DNA of 64,000 nucleotides from Octopus bimaculoides (lineage: Eukaryota). Within the stretch, counting starts at the first letter, position 1, and each line of letters starts with the position of its first letter. The translations under genes and the position numbers were made by a program. Below the pieces are notes generated by a model. The model was not told the origin of the DNA, did no database searches, and saw only the letters and a program-made list of their open reading frames with translations. Of this stretch, positions 11,613 to 24,939 are shown one piece after another. Where the stretch lies: NCBI RefSeq assembly GCF_001194135.2, contig NC_068983.1, forward strand, positions 118,594,632-118,658,631, given 5' to 3'.

Positions 11613-14100
11613 CTGATGATATGACGCATGTTTATAACTTTGTTACTTTAATGTTTAATGTTTAATTACAGAAATTGAGTTTAAATGCATGCTGGTTGAA
11701 TGACTGAAATGAGCCACATAGCTGTGAGTAGAGGAATATGCAAAACTATAAAAAAAAATTGGGGGGAAAAATAGTTTATTGTTTTCTGTTTGTTAGTCCA
11801 ATAAAAGGCAGACTAGGACTATAACTTTTTATAATTTTCCAGGTCCAGGCAACTGAAGTAGTGGAATGAGATTAGTGCAGCTAAAATTTGGTCTAAGCAA
11901 TTGTAGAATATTGGCTCAGAAGAAAATTTGAACATGAAAGAGGTTTCAGAGAGATGGATTTATATTATTGTAGATATGTTTTAGTATTATTCTGACTTCA
12001 GCAGTGAGGCATAGACTTCAACATATTTGGCTGGAAAAATGAAAATGATATTTTGGCCATTGACTAATTTCTTTTTTTCATCATTGCATAAAATATATTA
12101 ATACTAACTTTACTGTTGTTTAACTTGTGGATAGATAGCATCTTTGAATTATTATTTAAAGTCTCTGAAAAGTATATTTGATTTTAGAACTACTTTTCTG
12201 TAATAGTTACCTGTCACTGCATAGATAATTTTTGATACAACTAATATCAGGTTTTACCATAACTGTGCAATAAAAAATTTTATGGCATCTTTAAAAATTC
12301 AAAAATCAGCAGAAGAGCATTAATCTAGAGGCTCAGTTCTTCATGATGATGATGTTGCTGGCACAGGCAGTGAACTGCCAGGCTCATTAGAATGTTGGAT
12401 ATGGTGCCTTGCAGGATTCATTCCAGTTCTTTGCACTTTCAGTTCAAAGATTAAATTTGCTTTTCTTATTTTCAATGTTTGGTAAAAGCATATATCTTTC
12501 TTTGCTTTTCTCTCTCTCACTTGGAATTGGCTGTCTTTTGCTGCCATAAGGGCCATGGAGGAACCACTTTGGATATCCCTTTCTCAAAAAATGTAGGAGA
12601 GTAAAGCAAAGCACTCACAAAAACTTTCCTCATACAAAAATTGATATATTACTCAAGACACAAAAATATGAAATGACGTGCAAGACAGAAATAAAAGATG
12701 AAAAGGCACTACTGAGTAGCTGGTTGTGTAATTATGAATTCAAAATCAGCCAGAAGCATTATCTTGATGCCCTTCAACAAAATACAGTACTCTACTTTCT
12801 TCACATTACCCAAATAAGAAAACATGTTCTGCTATGAAACTAATTGGAGTTAAGTGGGACATTTTTTGCACAGAACATCTGCTTGAAAGAAAATACACAA
12901 ATATCCAAATATATAGGCAAGTCTTAAGTTGTGTTACCTTTGAATTATGGATATTAATTTGTGAGAAAACTAAAGACTGCTATATTATGTTAGTTTTTTT
13001 CTGGTTTGATTTAGCTTTGGTTTAATATAGAAAATCCAGCAAATATTAATTTAAACATTTCCCTAATTAATTCCTACTTAAACTGCATTGCCATTTTTTT
13101 TTTTCTGTTTTTAGATATGTTAAGCAATTAATATGCAACACTAATTGACTTTGATAATTTGTAAAGATCTTTTAACTCCATTTTTGAAGGGATGGATGAA
13201 TTGCATATTACTGGAGAAATTGCTTTTGAGGATGGTTGCGTTTTGGAGTAATAGAAGGAACCAGTTGCTAACAAAACATAACGAGGCGAGCAAAGTTACA
13301 CAGTTTGTTCCAGAGCACAACTTACTGAAAAAAGTAGTAAGGATTCTACTAATGCATTGGTTATACATAAAATTATTTACTCTTCTGAAATAATGTTCTA
13401 TTATACTATGAAATAATTAATCATGATTTGCACTGGACTAAAAATGCTTAGTGGCATTTGGTCCATCTTTATGGTCTGAGTTTAAATTTCACTGAGGTAG
13501 ACTTTGCTTTTCATCCTTTTGTGGTCGATAAAATAATTATCAATTGAGCACTGGGGCTGATATAATCTGCTTGCCACCCTACTCCAAAATCTCTGGCCTT
13601 GTTCCAAAACTTGAAATCAATGACTTGCAACTTTTTTTACTTTTGGCTAAGCAATGAAGTGAACATTTTCATGAATCATTTTCTACATTGAATTAGTTAT
13701 TACCAAAATATTCATGAATTAAAGAAGAGTACCGATGATGAAAAGAATAAATATTCAGCCCCACCATACGGCACCTTAGGCAAGAGTCTTCTACTAGAAC
13801 CCCAAGGCCATCTAAGCTTTGTGAATGAAGTTGGTGAAGGGAAACTGAAAGAAGCCTGTGTATGTGTGTATGTGTTTACATTTGTACTCTATTAAAGAAC
13901 CATGAACTACAAGTGGTCCTGTCATTGTCACTTTCACTTCTGTGAAGAAATTGTGTGTCTGCTGGCACCTTTGAAGATGTGTAAAATACAAGATTCCTTC
14001 CTTGAAAAACAGATAAGGGTTGGGTGATAGGAAAGGCAACCGGATACAAAACAAATAATATACTCATCTAACTCATGCTAGTATAGAAAAACAAACTTAC

Positions 14101-14260
14101 TTTTTTTTTCTCTTGCTTATATCTCTTGAATTTCGTATAAGTGTTCCATTCCTCAACCATCGGAATTTGGCATTTTCATTTTCAATTGGTGATGTACATA
14201 CTAACTTTACTTTTGTACCTTTAACAACTTTTTTTATTCTTTTAGTATTTGATGCTTTAT
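14101..14260 (-). CDS. Internal coding exon: N-terminal half of an Ig (I-set/C2-like) domain; neuregulin/vein-like candidate
   Basis: Acceptor tatttttctaacttttacAG| at 14261 and donor |GTAAGT at 14100. 160 nt, phase 1 to phase 2, open frame xKASNTKRIKKVVKGTKVKLVCTSPIENENAKFRWLRNGTLIRNSRDISKRKK(K), containing the Ig B-strand LxC and C-strand WxxNG motifs. Confidence 0.88.
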
Positions 14261-14439
14261 CTGTAAAAGTTAGAAAAATAAAATACAATTCTAATTATTT
14301 ATCAAAAATCAAGGTTTAAAAAAAATTAAAATAATCTGTTTTATTATGTAATTACAAATGCATCATTAATTATTTTGCTTACTTATTGGAAAGGACTAAA
14401 ATTAGTTCATTAATAAATTCTCTATTCTTTAATCCTGGC

Positions 14440-14668
14440 TTAACTCTTTAGCATTTAAACCAGCTACATCCAGCCAAAGTATTCTACCTGTTTTATGTTT
14501 AAACTGGCCAGATTTGGCACATACTCAACATTGCCATTGTAAAAATAAATAATTACATCATCAAAATCTCAAAGCTACAAGATAATGAGTGATTAATTCA
14601 AAACAATGTGATAAAATAAGCATTACATTTGAGAGTCATTTAAATGTTATAAAGTGGAATAGGGTCAA
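14440..14668 (+). mobile_element. MITE M1
   Basis: ttaactctttagcatttaaacc.. internal match to the other copies; right end degenerate. Confidence 0.8.
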
Positions 14669-14864
14669 TACTCTATTCTACTCAAATATGTTGAACAAAG
14701 GTGAACAAACTGTAACTTCAATGCTTTGTACATCTCTCAGAGCTACTATATGTAGCTCTTGTGATATTAAGTTTTAGTACTATTTTTCCTAAAATAACTT
14801 TAACATCCTTTTAACTGGATTTCAAAGTATTAACTGCAAAAAGACTCAATAAAAGCCTTCAACA

Positions 14865-15034
14865 CAGTGCTGTCTTAAGGTTTAGGCACACCGGGCAGCT
14901 GCTGCAGCAAGGCCTCACAGGTCTAAGGGCCTAATTCTGATCTATGTATGCTGTGGCCTGCTGTCAATAAATACTATAGAGCCTAATACACTGATTTGCC
15001 CATGGACCTATATAATGCTGTAAAGATGGCCCTG
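14865..15034. mobile_element. Small MITE with imperfect cagggc(c)rtctt-type TIRs
   Basis: cagtgctgtctt ... aagatggccctg (9/12 match). Confidence 0.4.
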
Positions 15035-15372
15035 CTCCAAGTCAGGATATGGCAGAAGACACTTGACAATGACAGTGACAACTGATCAAAAAAAAACAAA
15101 ACAAAAAAAACAAGCCCAGTTGTGAATTAACTGTCATTACTACCAAACATGTCAGGGTCAAGCTTGAATGAACTTTACTACTTACTACTAACTGCTTGTG
15201 ACTCCTGCTCTGTAAGAGCTGGTAATACTCTCTAGACCACTTTGCAAATGGCAACCTTAAGCATCAAAATTGTTTTTTTTTCCTAGGTTGTGGCCTTCAG
15301 CTCCACTATCATTATGTTGTTATTGTTATTGCTGCCAAAACCATATCCTCAAGTTTTCTGTTTTGGTATGGA

Positions 15373-15609
15373 TTAACTCTTTAGCATTCTGGGTAATCTG
15401 TCAAATGTAATGCTTATTTATTCAGATTGTTTTGAATTAATTATGCATTGTTGCATTATCTCATAGCTTTAAGATTTCAATGATGTGATTGCTTGGTTTT
15501 AGAATGACATTGTAGGGTAGATATGAAAGGCCAGATCTGGCCAGTTTGAACATACAATAGACAGAATACTTGGCCCTTGATATGGCTGGTTTAAATGCTA
15601 AAGGATTAA
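15373..15609 (-). mobile_element. MITE M1 (reverse)
   Basis: TTAA at both ends; reverse-complement internal match. Confidence 0.85.
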
Positions 15610-15610
15610 A

Positions 15611-15681
<71 letters not shown>

Positions 15682-15734
15682 TAATACAAATAATATGTGA
15701 GTATATGCATATATACGTACATATATCAAGTAAG

Positions 15735-16323
15735 CACCTGATAGGATCCTATTTCTTCAAGGGCACTCTTAACCACCAATCTTGCTTGGCCATGCTAAGG
15801 GAATGGTTTGTTCCACAGGTCCAGAGGTTGAATGTTGACCTGAATGATTGTTGCTTTCAACAAGAAGGTGCCCCCACCCCACTATGCTATTACTGTCCAG
15901 GAATACCTAAATGAAGTTTTGTGGGATAGATGGATAGGGCGAGGATCACAACCACTTCCAGCACTTGTTGATTGGACTCCCAGAAGTCCAGGTCTCATGT
16001 CTTGCAATAATGCTCTGTGGGGTATTATCAAGGAAAGAGTTTCACATGAACGATACAAGAATACCCATCAGTTGAAGAATGCCATTTGGAGAGCCTTTGC
16101 AACAATCACCAAAGCACAGCTTTGGAAAATATACAGGACATGGCGCCACATCACTTTGTGCCATGGAAGTGATGGTGTTCATACAGACCTTCTCGATGTG
16201 TGACAGCGTCAATGAAAGTGAATAGAATAAATCCAGTTTGTGCTTTGGATTACTGCATTACTTGTTCTTCTATTGCTCTCATTACTTTTTGGTAAGGGGT
16301 AACAAAACTTTTAGACCACTCTG
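15735..16323 (+). pseudogene. Tc1/mariner transposase C-terminal remnant with right terminal end
   Basis: Frameshifted IGSYFFKGTLN..FQQEGAP / PHYAITVQEYLN..RWIGRG..WTPRSPGL..LWGIIK..LK..I..G.HTDLL*, matching FQQDGAPPH and WPPRSPDL motifs. Ends ..ttagaccactctg-TA. Confidence 0.85.
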
Positions 16324-19179
16324 TAGAAGGCACTTGCCCAAGGTGCCATGCAGTGGGACTGAACCCAGGACTATGTGCTTGGGAAGTGAACCTCTCATTA
16401 CAAATGAACAGATATGGACATAGTTTAATTATTGGTTATAAACATAAAGTTGAGCCTTGATTTGAATAAATACTATATTTGCAAATGAGCTGACATGTAT
16501 AGAGTCTAATCATCAACTATAAGAAAAAAATTAAACTAACTTAAAGAAAGCAACATTAAGATGTGATACAGAATCAAAGTAAACAAAAAGCTGCCCCAGA
16601 ACCCACTATGAGTAGTGTCAATGAGTCACTGTTCAAAATACATTCATTTTTGTGAATGTGTCTGAGATATCAAATATATTCTTTTGTATTATTATTAAAC
16701 ACAAATTTTGACATTACTAAGGCTATATTTATGAATAAAATATACTTAAAATGTTTAAAATGTCAATATATTTGAATGGTTAGGTTAATATAGTTTATTT
16801 AGGTAGCCGGTGAGCATTTTGTAAATGCTAAAACAACATAAAAGCAAGCAGTGAAGCAGAAAAGGTAAATGTTCTTGTTCTAAGAGAATATGGTTTAGTA
16901 GAGAAAGAGAGGGGGAGAGAGAGGAGGAGGAGGAGAAGGAGGAAAGAGAGTGGGAGAAAAGTAGAACAGTATTAAAAATCTGTATTTGGGTCAATGAAAC
17001 ATGAAATGTTTCCCTTTGGGGACTATCAAAAATGTTGGGACTGTCATCACAAGATGAAGAGCCATAATGCTAAAAGCTGACAGATGTCACTTCTTAGAAG
17101 AGCTATAAATTGAACAGTCTACAGTTAATAAAAGCATTACTACGATAAATCAAATGAAAATGGGCTGGCCCTTGATTGTTTCAGCTGGGGTGGGTGGGAT
17201 GTGGGTTATTCTAATAAGTGAAAAAGACAGAATTAGCAGACTTACAGATCTAAAATTAAAACTTTAGAAATAAATGAGGTGATTTAGTTCTAAAATTGAT
17301 TTATATCATAAATATTTTGGTGTTCATTAACTAAGAACCAGCAGCACACTTGTCTAAAACATATTTTAATAGACAGAAATCAGTGGTTCAGTTACTTATT
17401 TTTTAAAATTTGATATTACACTTGATGAACAATAACCAATAATGTCTATTAGTTACGGGTTTCTAATCACTGGTTACTTGCATTTTCAATGTTGAAGAGT
17501 AACAAGGAAGTGACTATAACTTGGTGTAGATAAAATAATGTAAGAGACTTAGAGCAAAGAGCACTGGATGTTTGGCTTTTCTTACTGATGTTTTTACATC
17601 CTTCACCTATGTGTAATTGACAAAGGTTACACACACACACACACACGCACACACACACATGCATACATCATGATCATCATTTTGCATCCCCCACACATAC
17701 ATACATCATAAGCATCATCATTTTGCTTCAGTTTTCCATGCTAGCATGGGTTGGATAGTTTGTCAGTATCTGAGTTCTTTATTTGGAGTTACTATCTTCT
17801 TAGTTCAGTGGACCACATCTTGCTTGTACAATGCATTTTTTTACTAGGTTTCTACGACTGGAAGTTCTTATCATCAACCACTTCATAAAATATATTGGAT
17901 GCATTTTCTACATGAATCTATAATCAAAAACCTCACAAAATGGAACAAAATGCATCACACCTGACAATAAACTCAAACTAATAATATACTACAAAAACAA
18001 TAAAACCTTTTTATTAATAACAAGCATATAAACCTGACAACAAGCTGTTAATGACAATGTAATCTATATATTTAACTGTAAAACTGAAAGTTGTAAACTT
18101 CAGGATATCATCTGTTACACTGGACATACTAGTACAATACTTTGTCATAAACTCACTGTGAATTTACAGCAAGGAGTAATAATAAACCATTATACCACAC
18201 AACACAAAACAAAATTAGAGAAATACTAGGAGGATAATAAATGCTCTATAAAATTCCTCACAGAAATAGAAGTTTAATCCTGGAAGTGATATTCATATTG
18301 CAACAAAATGCCAAAATAAACATGCAAACAAAGCACACATCAAAAAAATTATCACATAGCTACTGGCATGAAAACTTAACAGTAAAAAATTTGACCACAA
18401 CAAAACAAACCAACACAAGACTACTGATGTAGAAGCCCAAAAGTCTAAGAACCTTTGGCAGAAAATTCTACATAAATTCCAACAGTATATAAGAAACATA
18501 GACATCAAGTATATTAAATACTGAAAAATGAGATAGCGAAAATCTGGAAACTTTGAATATGAATTTTGAAAACTTTATTTTTTCCCAAACAAGCAGCTGA
18601 AAACTAATAAGAGGATATGATAAATCTAAAATAAAGAAGATAAAATTTGAACACAGTTGTCTGTTCCCCATATATATACAAACATGATTTACATAATGTA
18701 ACAACAAAATTAGGATCTAGTCTTTTTCATTTGCAAAATGAACCCCCTTTAATTTTGCTCAGATTGCTTTCAATTTTGGTGTATCGGTGCAACTCTGAAT
18801 TCACTTTAGATATGTGTATACACATGTGTACATGAGTATATAACAGGATTGAATTACACATATTTGTATATACACAAACAAATATTTTTCTTTTTTATAT
18901 ACAAATATTTTTCTTTTTTAATTGAAATCATCTTTAGACATCTAGTCAATCATAAGCTTCCTTTAGCATTTGCTTTTATTTCCTGAATATTTCTTTCAAT
19001 GATTGCCAACTTTATTGTTTAAGCTTTATTTGAGAATTGGAGATGTGAAACTCTCAAAATCTGAACTTATAGTTTTAAAAATATGATACATTTTGATACT
19101 CTATTTTTAGAATTGAGCATTCACTTTTTCTTTTTATCTCCACTCTGAATTTTTTGCATTTAAGCATTCGTTCACTCAC

Positions 19180-19234
<55 letters not shown>

Positions 19235-22200
19235 AGGATAGCTAAGTGGTTAAGAAGTTTGCTTCAGAATCATATGGTTTAAGGTTCACTCTAACTGTAT
19301 GGAACTATCAGCTTGTGTTTTTTGCAACAACTGTGTGTTGACCAATGTCTTGTGAATGAAATGAAGTAAACGGACACTGGAAGAAGTCCATCATATAAGT
19401 GTGTGTGTGTGAATTCCCTTGACTTCATATGTGTCTGTAAATTGTAAATAAAAGTCATCACACAAAAATTATTCCCAAAACTATTACAATCTTTCAAATA
19501 ACATATCCAGCCATTGAGCAGTTCATTATTTAAAAAAAACTAGGGAAAAAGTCAAGTTACTTGGAAACAAGAGAGGTTGTAAGCGAGTTGGTGAAACACT
19601 TTATGCCAATCAATCAGGTGGCCCTTCTGTGGATATAAAGCCTGCGTGTGTATCAGCACTATCATCTCAGATGTGGGAGCATACTCCCCCACAAGAATCA
19701 TCTGAACTTTGTAGAGGGGTTTTACTATTTTCTGAGCCTGAAGATGAAGGCCAGTCTTTGTAATGTAGTCTTTACTTTACAGTGTTGATTAATATTCTTT
19801 GAATAAATTTCGCTTAATGAAAATAGATTTTAGATGAATTTTTGTAAGATCTTGCAGCCTTAAAATTGATCTTTGACAACATGTTTTGACTCCATTTTAT
19901 CAAAAGTTTATATCCTTTGACATGGGACAAAAAAAAATATGTGATTACATTTACATTGCTAAGTCAAAATGTAATCCAAATGTATATTTCATTTATATTA
20001 TTTATTAATTATGTATAAAGTATGACACAATTAGAGTAAAATGTTATACATAGGAATTCAGATCAAATTATACAACATGGTAGCAACTGTTTTTGCTTTC
20101 CTATTTTCATTTCAAATGAAATTTCTTTTCATTAGATAGAATGCCAACATTTGTAGAGAAAGTTTTTGCAGTATTACAAGTTCTTCTTTCTTTTTTAATC
20201 AAACGTTTATGAATGAAAAACAGCTCCTTACTGATGTTGAACATAATGATGCATTGAAAAGCACAAAGGATTTAGTCTACTACTGTAATTTTTTGGCATT
20301 ATCTCCCCCCATCCTTATAAAGTGGGGTTCTAGCAGAGACATTAGAACATGATATAGAATGTCTTGTATTTGTGCTGGCTCTTTGTGTTTTGAGTTCAAA
20401 TTCCACTGCAGTTAACTGTCTTTAAACCTTTTAAAGTGAATAAATAAGTACCACTTGACAACAACAACAACAACAGCAACAGTAATAGTACCAGTGCACA
20501 CAACTTTATCAATTCCAAACAATAAAAGGCAAAGATGATTCCAACAGGATTTGAATTCAGAGCATAAATGGATGTATCTAAATACCACAAGGCACAAGAT
20601 GTATCTAAATACTACGAGATATTTATCCTATTTGGTGTTCCAATGATTCTACCAAATTTTTAGGGTTGTGTCGTATAGAAATATATCACTGGTATTTATT
20701 CATCAATCCTAGAGAGATAAAAAGTGAAGTCAACTCTGATGAGATTTGAACTTAGAATACAAAGAGATGAAGATATTAGGTCAAACCTCTACATCTATAC
20801 CCTTCATATCACTTCACTTCTTTTATTTTGTTATCCACAGTTTTATGGTCTGGTGATAAGATCTCAATTTTTTTTTTATTTTCTCCAAAAAAGGACAAAC
20901 ATCCAAACCTTTAGTCTTCTCTTCTTTGTCATGTCATAAAATTTATTCCACTGTTTGAACTATTTGTATTACTTTCTGCCAACACAGAATATGACTAGTT
21001 TTTCACAGATTCTGCTGTTTTATTATGTATTGCTAAGCATTTAATGTGTTGTTCTATTCTAGTCAGTTTGCAGCCTTAAAGGTAATTTCTGTTGGCTGTG
21101 CTTTAAAGTCATAGGCTTTCAGGGGCTGAAATTAAGGTTTTCTGAGATTCATAATTTTTTTCCCCCAAGCATACTAGCAGTATAAATTAATCAAAATAGT
21201 TTGTAACAATAATTGAAACTGCATCCCCAGCATGTAAGAAATTTACTATTTAATTTGCAGCATGGTAAAACAAAATAACAAATATTGTAGTTATTGATAA
21301 CCAAGCAAATCAATATTAAAAAGGAAATGTTTCTAATTGAATTAAATTCTCTTCACTCTTTTTAATGATAAATAATATCTTTCCTTTAACCAGACACAAC
21401 ATAAATTTGAAGAAGAGAAGGATGTAATCAATTCAGTCTGCCTATAAGTAATGACATTAATTTTCTGTATAATGTATTACACAGAAAATTAATTTTAAGT
21501 ATGGAAACATATTTAATCTTGCTGTAATTTCATCCCTAAAGTCACTGCTTATTTAGACATTCAGAAAACCGATTTTTGACATGGTTTCAACTCTTGCTTA
21601 TAGATTTTCTTTTAATTTCCTTCAAAAGTTTCTTTGGAAAAGGCATGAATGTCAAATATTTAAAGCTTTGAGCTAAACTGAAGAGATTAACTGCTTACTT
21701 CTCTTATACATGCTGAAGTATTCAGTATGGTCTTCCAGCTATCTGAGACATAATACATGTCACATACATTACATTTGTGGTCTCACTTAATCTTTTGACC
21801 TATACATACATCCATAGGCCTACATAAATCAGGACTGACCTGGGCTACACAACAATAAAAAAAATCCTAAGAACAAATCTGAAAAATTAAGATCAAAACA
21901 TTTTATATAAGACACCATATAAAACGCGATACTTGTGTTGCTACATAAGGCTATATGATCCCCATACACTGTAAAGTGAACTTTGTTCCAATTTTGATTA
22001 ATGAAGTTTATTAATTTCAAACACATCTGTTCACACACATAAACATACACACCCTGAAACTCACTCTTTCTCTTTCACACACACAGTATACCGCATATAC
22101 ACATGCACAAAACATTAATTTCTACAAGATTTATTTATTGTTTTTTATTCTTAAGTTATATGTTACATCCACAAGTCTAGAACATTGGTAAAATGACTTA

Positions 22201-22539
22201 TAGTATTTAGTTATGCCTCTTTACATTCTAATTTGCCTTTCATCTTTCCAAAGTGACAAGATAAATGCCAGTCAGCAACTAGGGTCAGTTTCAATCAAAT
22301 ACAGCCATCCTCCAAATTTAAGATCCTGTGTTTATATCAGAAGTCAGAATTGTGTACCCCTTCCTCTGTATTATCCAATTGGTGTATGTATGGCTGTGTC
22401 TTTCAGAAATCCACTTCACAACTGCATAGTTTAGGGTTTGGTCCCACCGTGTAACATCTTGGGCAAGTGGCTGGCTAATGTCTTGTGAATGAAACTGGTA
22501 GATGAACACATTTGTAGACCCCAATTATATATATGTGAG

Positions 22540-22581
<42 letters not shown>

Positions 22582-23128
22582 TAAATCTTTTATCTCTTAC
22601 TTGTTTCAGTCATTAGACTGTAGCCATGCTGGGGCACTGACTTGAAGAATTTTAGTCAAATGAATCGACCCTACTACTTATTTTTTAAGCCTGGTACTTA
22701 TTCTATTAGTCTCTTTTGCTAGACTGGTAAGTTATGGGAACATAAGTACATCAATATCGTCAAGTGATAGTGAGAGACAAACACAAAGACACACAAACAT
22801 AGGTTTGCTTAAATCTCATAATATAGTGGTTCAACAAATAGAAATCAATAAAGTAAGTACCAGACTTAAAATAAGTACTAGGGGTGATGTGATCAACTAA
22901 AGTGCTTCAAAGCAGAGCTTTAATGTGGCTAAATAAATGAGTGATAGAGCAATATTCTTTCAGTGTGATTGCCAATGGCTATAACAACCTAAATTTTGCT
23001 GGTGAATCTAAAATTCTGCATCTCTCATAAACAAATTTTTGTTTTATTTAATGAACTCTTAACACATAACTTACAGACCCCAACAAGAGAACATGGACAT
23101 AATCTTTAGTTCACTTGCTTAGACAGTG

Positions 23129-23424
23129 TTAACCCTTTTGAGATGCAAAGTGTTTTGGTATAAAAGACCAAAATGTTTTTTCTGTTGTAATTGGAATTGA
23201 TGGGTGCATGTAGAAAACAAAGATAAAGTGCATAAAACTATTTTATTACTATGTAAAACTATATATAATATATAGTTTTATATTATATCTACTGAAAGAC
23301 GATCTCTGATTGACTATTACACTTCAAAATATTTCTTTCATTGGGCCAATTGATCAGCCTCAAAGTCTTTTCAGCTTGTATCATTTGGGCCAGTCAATTG
23401 GCCTGGGTGTCCCAAGAGGGTTAA
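23129..23424. mobile_element. Second TTAA-flanked MITE family
   Basis: TTAAcccttttgagatgc ... gtgtcccaagagggTTAA imperfect TIRs. Confidence 0.6.
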
Positions 23425-24879
23425 TATATAATTATCATTGCAGTGATTATCTTTCAAGGTTTACCTAAGTAGGTTTTTTAAAAGTTTCTTTTATTATTTT
23501 AATTAGATTTTAAAGACACCTGTGCTGGTACCATGTAAAAAATACCCATTCTGGTGCCACATAAAAAGCACACTCTGTAAAATGGTTGGTGTTAGGAGGG
23601 GCATCCAGCTGTAGAAACCATGCCAAAGCAGATAACTGGAACCTGGTGCAGCCTTCTGACTTGCCTGTTCCTGTCAAACTGTCCAACCCTTGCCAGTATG
23701 GAAAATGGATGTTAAATGATGATGATGATGATCTTAGAATACTGTGTACTATTTGACTATTAGTTTAATAACATATCAGGATGGCTATTTATAATTTTTC
23801 TGCTTGTAGATGCATTTTTGTAAAATCACTATAGGGTAATAGTAAGCGTTAAAACCCATAAGGCTTTTAAGAGTGGTACTTTGCTCCAGTTTCTAGATAA
23901 GCAGATTAGAGATACATATACCCACTAGATATGATAGCAATTTATCTCAGAGAATATTCCCAGAGGAGCTGATACCAATTCAACAGTTAGGTGAACTGAA
24001 TAGCAAAGAATTAAGTGTACTGCCTGGTTTCACAAGGAAATGTTGGCAACAGAGTTGAAAACAAGACCTATTAGCTGATAAGGATTGTGAAACATTTCAT
24101 TTTTCATAGGGAATTTCTATATTCATTGAATCAGAAGATGAATGAACTTACAAATTATGATATTTCAACAGAAATAGTGGAGAAATTCTTTTCATTAAAT
24201 ATATATTTTTTTTATGAGAGATTATCTTTTTCATTTCCAAGCATTGTTAGATGTAGAGTAAGAGTATTACTTATGGAGTGGTTGTGTTAGTCTTAGGTCT
24301 ATTCTAATAATGCAAATCTATGGTCACAGGCTTCCAACCATGGCTTCAGCATNNNNNNNNNNAGGTCTATTCTAATAATGCAAATCTATGGTCACAGGCT
24401 TCCAACCATGGCTTCAGCAGGGGTGGTTGTGTTAGTCTTAGGTCTATTCTAATAATGCAAATCTATGGTCACAGGCTTCCAACCATGGCTTCAGCATCTT
24501 TGTTTCAGAGAGTGTATCTAAGAGTACATTATTTAATGTGCCCTTCCATTTTCTAATCAGGATGTGATTTGAGGGAGATTTGGCTGCTGTTTTGAGCTAT
24601 GACCAAGAACATTCTAGTCATGACCCATCCATCTTTTTCAAAGTGCATGTAGGTCTACATTATCTAAAGTGCCTCCTATATTTTTTTAATGATGATAGAT
24701 ATCCATATATACACATATACTGACAAAGGTATATATATANNNNNNNNNNNNNNNNNNNNNNNNNNNNNNNNNNNNNNNNNNNNNNNNNNNNNNNNNNNNN
24801 NNNNNNNNNNNNNNNNNNNNNNNNNNNNNNNNNNNNNNNNNNNNNNNNNNNNTTACATATATGTATGTACACACACGCG

Positions 24880-24939
<60 letters not shown>

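Noticed and set aside
21697-21742. Small minus-strand exon candidate SWKTILNTSACIRE
   Set aside because: Weak acceptor, and its phase-0 end does not fit the Ig exon.
24278-24496. Three copies of a ~56-74-bp unit around an 11-nt gap (CRISPR/minisatellite-like)
   Set aside because: No unique spacers, and the duplication straddles a gap. Probably an uncollapsed assembly overlap, as at 46560-46660 and 52560-52740.
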